64,000 nucleotides of DNA from Adineta vaga. Its lineage: Eukaryota; Animalia; Rotifera. Shown here piece after piece: positions 60,021 to 64,000 of the stretch. Location of the stretch: positions 14,643,205 to 14,707,204 of the forward strand of contig CP075492.1 of the NCBI GenBank assembly GCA_021613535.1. Reading direction: 5' to 3'. The translations under genes and the position numbers were made by a program. Numbering within the stretch: the first letter of the stretch is position 1; each line of letters opens with the position of its first letter. A model generated the notes under the pieces. That model made no database searches, was not told the DNA's origin, and saw only the letters and a program-made list of their open reading frames with translations.

Positions 60021-60822
60021 CGCTTCATCATCATCTCCATGGTTTACGTTTTACGGAGAACAAGTAAAATAAATGTGTTCTCACAATTTCCACTTTTGTT
60101 TGTTTGTCGGAGAAGGCGTAAACACGTGTTTTTACGCGTCCAGACGTGCACATTTCAACACGTTATAAATGTATTTTTGTGAAAAACTTTCTCCGATTGT
60201 GTCTGCCTGGCAAATGTTTGATTCATATATTTTCTTTCGACAGGTTCAACTAAAATAGCAAAAAGTAGAACGACGAGATTATTGTCAGAAACAACCACCA
60301 TGACGATTGTAGGGTGAACCCTATATCAACAATAAAAATTCAACAATGTAAACAAACGTCGTAATGCTTTATTATTATTATTCGATATTTTATTTAACAA
60401 AACATAGTACACAATGATGCTATTAGTCAACACATGATGCAGTTTATTTACTGTCGTTGGTTAGTTTTTTAGACCTTTCATAAAGCGCAGAAGAAATATT
60501 TATTAATGTATATTAAGTATGAATGGTTCTAATTTTGTTAGCCATGACAATAATTTCATCAAGTTTTTTTATGACTTTAGGTGGCATAAAATGACTTAAA
60601 TTTGAGTTCTGATTGATTTAAATCAATCACTTCCTTTTCCCCTGATAACCAGCTTCTTGCATAAGAACAAATTCATCTGGAGGTATGATGAAGATCACTT
60701 CTCTTCAGCTATATATCCTTTTTCATTATTAAGTTCCTATTTGACAAAAAAAGCAAAAACTTTATTAATTTAACAATATCAATCACAAAAAACGACAATA
60801 ATTCGTTCATTTCTTTTGTCTG

Positions 60823-63800
60823 CTAAATATAACTAAAGCAATGATTTCTCCTACAGCTTTGTCGCCATTTTTTCATTGACTTGACAAATTTTTCTTTGTA
60901 CAGTGTTGATGGCAGAACGTACATGATAAAAATCAAAGTCGTAGGAATAAATGCCGTAAAATAACTCGAAACATATAACCAGGAGCTTTGAGATGCTTTT
61001 ACACATCGAAACAATGATGAAATAATAATAAATGGCAATGTGAAGATGACCAATAGCAGAGGACCAATAAGTAACGGTTTGTGTTGATAAACTTGCTCTC
61101 TAAGATGCTGACGGCGACCTTTATATTTTCGAGCTGCTGCTTTTCGACGAACAATTGTATAAATAATGAATAGAGATGAGAAAATATTGATAAAAAATGG
61201 TCCAAGCACATGAAGAAATGAAATTGCTGTTGTATAGATATATAAATTTGATGAATAAAGAGTAACACACCAGACACGATCTTCTTCAGTATCATCAAAT
61301 AAATCACGAGAAAAGCATTCATAAATATTTGAACCGATAAGTAATAATACTAAAACAATCACAATACATCGAGCAGCTTTGATACTATGTGTTTTATTGA
61401 AAGATATTCCTTTCGAAGTATTTATGGCACGTTCAATTGATACACAAGCATTCAACCAATTATTCATCCATGAACAAAATTTCAGTAAAGGTTCAATCGA
61501 CAAACATCCAAAACGAAGAACAGCACGATTTGTTTCTAAATTCATTTGAGAAAGTAAAACAAACCAAAATTTCATCATCAACACGGTAATAGTAATCAGT
61601 GAAGTGATTGACAACATTAAAAGATAAATGCCACATCCAACTACACGCGTATCTCGCCGAGAAAATGTAATTAATGAAAGAATACTATTGACTAAGCCAA
61701 TAACAAATAATATCATGGTAAAAAACATACTTAACTTAACCATTTCAGATTGATTACTTAGACGAATATTTGATCGAATTTCATATCGAAAGAGATCATC
61801 AAGTGTTAATCCTATTCCTTTCGCATAAAATTGACATTGATTACCAAAGAAACAATCAATACAATTACATATAGTTGTAAGTGGACATATTGGATGATCT
61901 TGTAAACATTGTCCATCATTGAGACAATGAACATTTTCTTTGCATTGAAAATCATGTTGATGATCAAATGCAAAACAATTAGCATGATGTTCTGTTGTAC
62001 ATAAACACATATACGATTCATCAAAGAAACATTTTAAATGAGGATTGTTTTGACATAAAGTATGATAATATTTAATTCGTTGAATTCTGAGTAATTTGAT
62101 TTGTTTAGAATCGAGAAGTTCATTAACAGACGGACATCGTCGAGTGGAATCGATTGTTGTTGAGATGTTAGATGTTTCCGATTGTTGAAGCACAGTCAAA
62201 TAATAGTTATTATTCGTTAGAATAAACACCATTTGAAATACTTGTTGGAGATAAAATGTCACATTTCTCTGCAGTGTAGTTATTTTTCTTAGTATTGTTT
62301 CGTGTGCTATTGGTGGCTCCCAGGGAATGTTTGAATAGATAAACGCTATCAGATATGATGATATTTTTCTATCATTGAGAGTGATATGTAACCGTGACGT
62401 TGGAGATTCACATCTTTCTCCTCGAAATTCTTCGGGACATAAACATTCATAACTAGTATCAACCATTCGTTCATCAGTAACAACGCACACACCATTATTT
62501 TCACAATAATTTATTGGACATGAATGTTTGAGCAAACAACGATTACCGAACTTTTCAAGAGGACAAATACAGATTGATCGATTATGTGCACGGTCAATAC
62601 AAATTGAATCAGATGAACAATCATCGCAATCAATTGAAATATGACACTGAGCACCAGTCCAACCTTTCTGACATTGACAAAAGAACTTTTCTTCATTTAT
62701 ATACTTCACACAGATACCATGTTGACATTGAAGAGAACACAAACCAGAATAAGCAATATGATTCGATCCCAAAGTTAATAGAACAGCAAGTCGGTTCACT
62801 GGCAGAAAATTGAAAGGAACTTTGAAATACCAACTAGCAAGATATTCCACTGAAACCTTATCATAAACATCAATGTGAATACTGTAGTTTTTTGAAAGAT
62901 GTTTTGGTCTTGTTGAATACGGAAGATATTTATCGAATGGTTGACCACATGTTATTTTAGCAATATAGATGATTTGTTCATACGATTGTATTTGTTGTTG
63001 ATCATTATCATCATCAATTAGTTTAATGAAAATAGCAAAAGTATGATATCGAATGATAGCTGATAATATTAATGTAAGACTCACTCGTTGATTCTGATAT
63101 TGACATTGATTTCCATAATAATTTGGTGGACATAGACAAATTGTAGTGTCATTTTCATTTCCTAACCAAAGACGCATGGGTGAACCACGTGTGCATTGCC
63201 ATGATGGAGTATAAACGTGTGAAAATTTTTGTGGTGCATCATCAGCAGAAGTGATGATATTATTTTCGACTAATGGACAGGTTTCAGATGATTCTAATGT
63301 GAATGGAACACGAGACATGGTACCAAAACGACAAAGAATATCTTGAACTTCAGTGAGATTATAATCAGTCCATTCTTCACATACGTCTGTATAATATATT
63401 TCATTATGTAAATCACATAGTATAAAAGGTTCGATACATCTTGCGTCATTCAAACAACGAAAACTATATGAAATTCCACTAAAGAAATCTGCTACTCGAC
63501 ATAATTGTGGTTCATCTATTCCGCCAAGACAATCAACAATGCCATTTCTCACTTCATGTGCTGGTATACATATCATTGTATAATTATAGGGTGACGTACA
63601 TTCAAGAAAACGATGAGAACAGTTCGATGGTCGACACTTTTCTTCATCTTTACCATTTTCACAATCCCAAAATCCATCACATCTTGTATAAATATTATTG
63701 CAAGGCCAATATTCACAATCACTTTCATCTGTATAATTTTGTCCATTGATTATTTCAGGTGAAGTATCAATCGTTTTATCACATATTTGATTGAAAACGG

Positions 63801-64000
63801 TATTATCGATAGTTTTCACCTCACTTTCTTCAAATTCACAACCATGTAGTTGAAGTATTGACGATCGACATCGACTTTCATTTGGACATGTAAAACGATT
63901 AGGCTCATTAAGTGAACAACTTAATTTAAAATCTTCTTCATCATCATGCAAGTAACAATCAATGATGTTGTCAGCAATTCGACGTGTTGAAATATATTTG
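60823..64000 (-). CDS. 7TM receptor with large EGF-like/LDL-receptor class A ectodomain; 5'-partial (continues beyond window)
   Basis: The ORF is open to the window edge at 64000. It has an LDLa module (CEYWPCNNIYTRCDGFWDCENGKDEEKC) and multiple EGF-like Cys patterns (CLCPPNYYGNQCQ, CQCQKGWTGAQCH, CLCPEEFRGERCE, CNCIDCFFGNQCQ). The C-terminus has 7 TM helices with SIERAI (DRY-like) after TM3. No introns were detected. Confidence 0.75.
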   Translation of the reverse strand, partial: KYISTRRIADNIIDCYLHDDEEDFKLSCSLNEPNRFTCPNESRCRSSILQLHGCEFEESEVKTIDNTVFNQICDKTIDTSPEIINGQNYTDESDCEYWPCNNIYTRCDGFWDCENGKDEEKCRPSNCSHRFLECTSPYNYTMICIPAHEVRNGIVDCLGGIDEPQLCRVADFFSGISYSFRCLNDARCIEPFILCDLHNEIYYTDVCEEWTDYNLTEVQDILCRFGTMSRVPFTLESSETCPLVENNIITSADDAPQKFSHVYTPSWQCTRGSPMRLWLGNENDTTICLCPPNYYGNQCQYQNQRVSLTLILSAIIRYHTFAIFIKLIDDDNDQQQIQSYEQIIYIAKITCGQPFDKYLPYSTRPKHLSKNYSIHIDVYDKVSVEYLASWYFKVPFNFLPVNRLAVLLTLGSNHIAYSGLCSLQCQHGICVKYINEEKFFCQCQKGWTGAQCHISIDCDDCSSDSICIDRAHNRSICICPLEKFGNRCLLKHSCPINYCENNGVCVVTDERMVDTSYECLCPEEFRGERCESPTSRLHITLNDRKISSYLIAFIYSNIPWEPPIAHETILRKITTLQRNVTFYLQQVFQMVFILTNNNYYLTVLQQSETSNISTTIDSTRRCPSVNELLDSKQIKLLRIQRIKYYHTLCQNNPHLKCFFDESYMCLCTTEHHANCFAFDHQHDFQCKENVHCLNDGQCLQDHPICPLTTICNCIDCFFGNQCQFYAKGIGLTLDDLFRYEIRSNIRLSNQSEMVKLSMFFTMILFVIGLVNSILSLITFSRRDTRVVGCGIYLLMLSITSLITITVLMMKFWFVLLSQMNLETNRAVLRFGCLSIEPLLKFCSWMNNWLNACVSIERAINTSKGISFNKTHSIKAARCIVIVLVLLLIGSNIYECFSRDLFDDTEEDRVWCVTLYSSNLYIYTTAISFLHVLGPFFINIFSSLFIIYTIVRRKAAARKYKGRRQHLREQVYQHKPLLIGPLLLVIFTLPFIIISSLFRCVKASQSSWLYVSSYFTAFIPTTLIFIMYVLPSTLYKEKFVKSMKKWRQSCRRNHCFSYI

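Noticed and set aside
1-64000. A prokaryotic operon or defence-island interpretation, prompted by the toxin-like ART, TIR, SH3b and glycosidase genes
   Set aside because: These genes contain canonical short GT-AG introns with consistent phases. They have eukaryotic signal peptides, GPI signals and poly-A signals, and they are interleaved with GPCR, MVP and TRIM-like genes. This is host eukaryotic DNA.
1-64000. tRNA, rRNA or other structured RNA genes
   Set aside because: A scan by eye for T-loop (GTTCGAATC-like) boxes and rRNA-like GC-rich blocks found nothing. The window appears to lack them, although a dedicated tRNA or covariance search was not possible.

Overview
This 64 kb window is AT-rich, gene-dense eukaryotic (metazoan-type) DNA rather than prokaryotic. 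Many long ORFs are interrupted by short GT-AG introns of 49-87 nt, and one of 206 nt. Splice phases and reading frames can be reconciled by hand, and AATAAA-type 3' signals are present. About 30 protein-coding genes sit on both strands. They include six rhodopsin-like 7TM receptors (one paralog pair shares intron positions), a prolyl-4-hydroxylase, an RDH-type short-chain dehydrogenase, a cytosolic sulfotransferase, a mannose-6-phosphate-receptor-homology (MRH) domain receptor, and two B-box/coiled-coil (TRIM-like) genes, one carrying NHL repeats. There is also a separate NHL-repeat gene, a C-terminally truncated major vault protein, two FG-GAP/VCBS beta-propeller genes (one 1.4k aa), an ARM-TIR-SAM (SARM-like, rearranged) gene, and a 5'-partial EGF/LDLa-ectodomain GPCR. 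The most unusual gene fuses an R-S-ExE mono-ADP-ribosyltransferase toxin-like domain to a long TPR array behind an unknown alpha/beta N-domain. Several genes look fungal/bacterial in type and are candidates for horizontal acquisition: a PCP-motif heme-thiolate peroxygenase, a yeast/bacterial-type amino acid permease, a GH5-like glycosidase with a GPI-like tail, a FAD monooxygenase, an NmrA-like protein, and a secreted SH3b-like mini-protein. Taken together (very short introns, high gene density, foreign-looking genes mixed with metazoan receptors), this resembles an accessory or subtelomere-like region of a bdelloid-rotifer-like genome. No organism can be proven from the sequence alone. No rRNA, tRNA, CRISPR array or obvious transposase was seen. 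Non-genic structure includes a roughly 260 bp foldback (MITE-like) palindrome, a perfect 14 bp inverted repeat, and simple repeats. All coordinates for multi-exon genes were derived by hand and should be treated as models.
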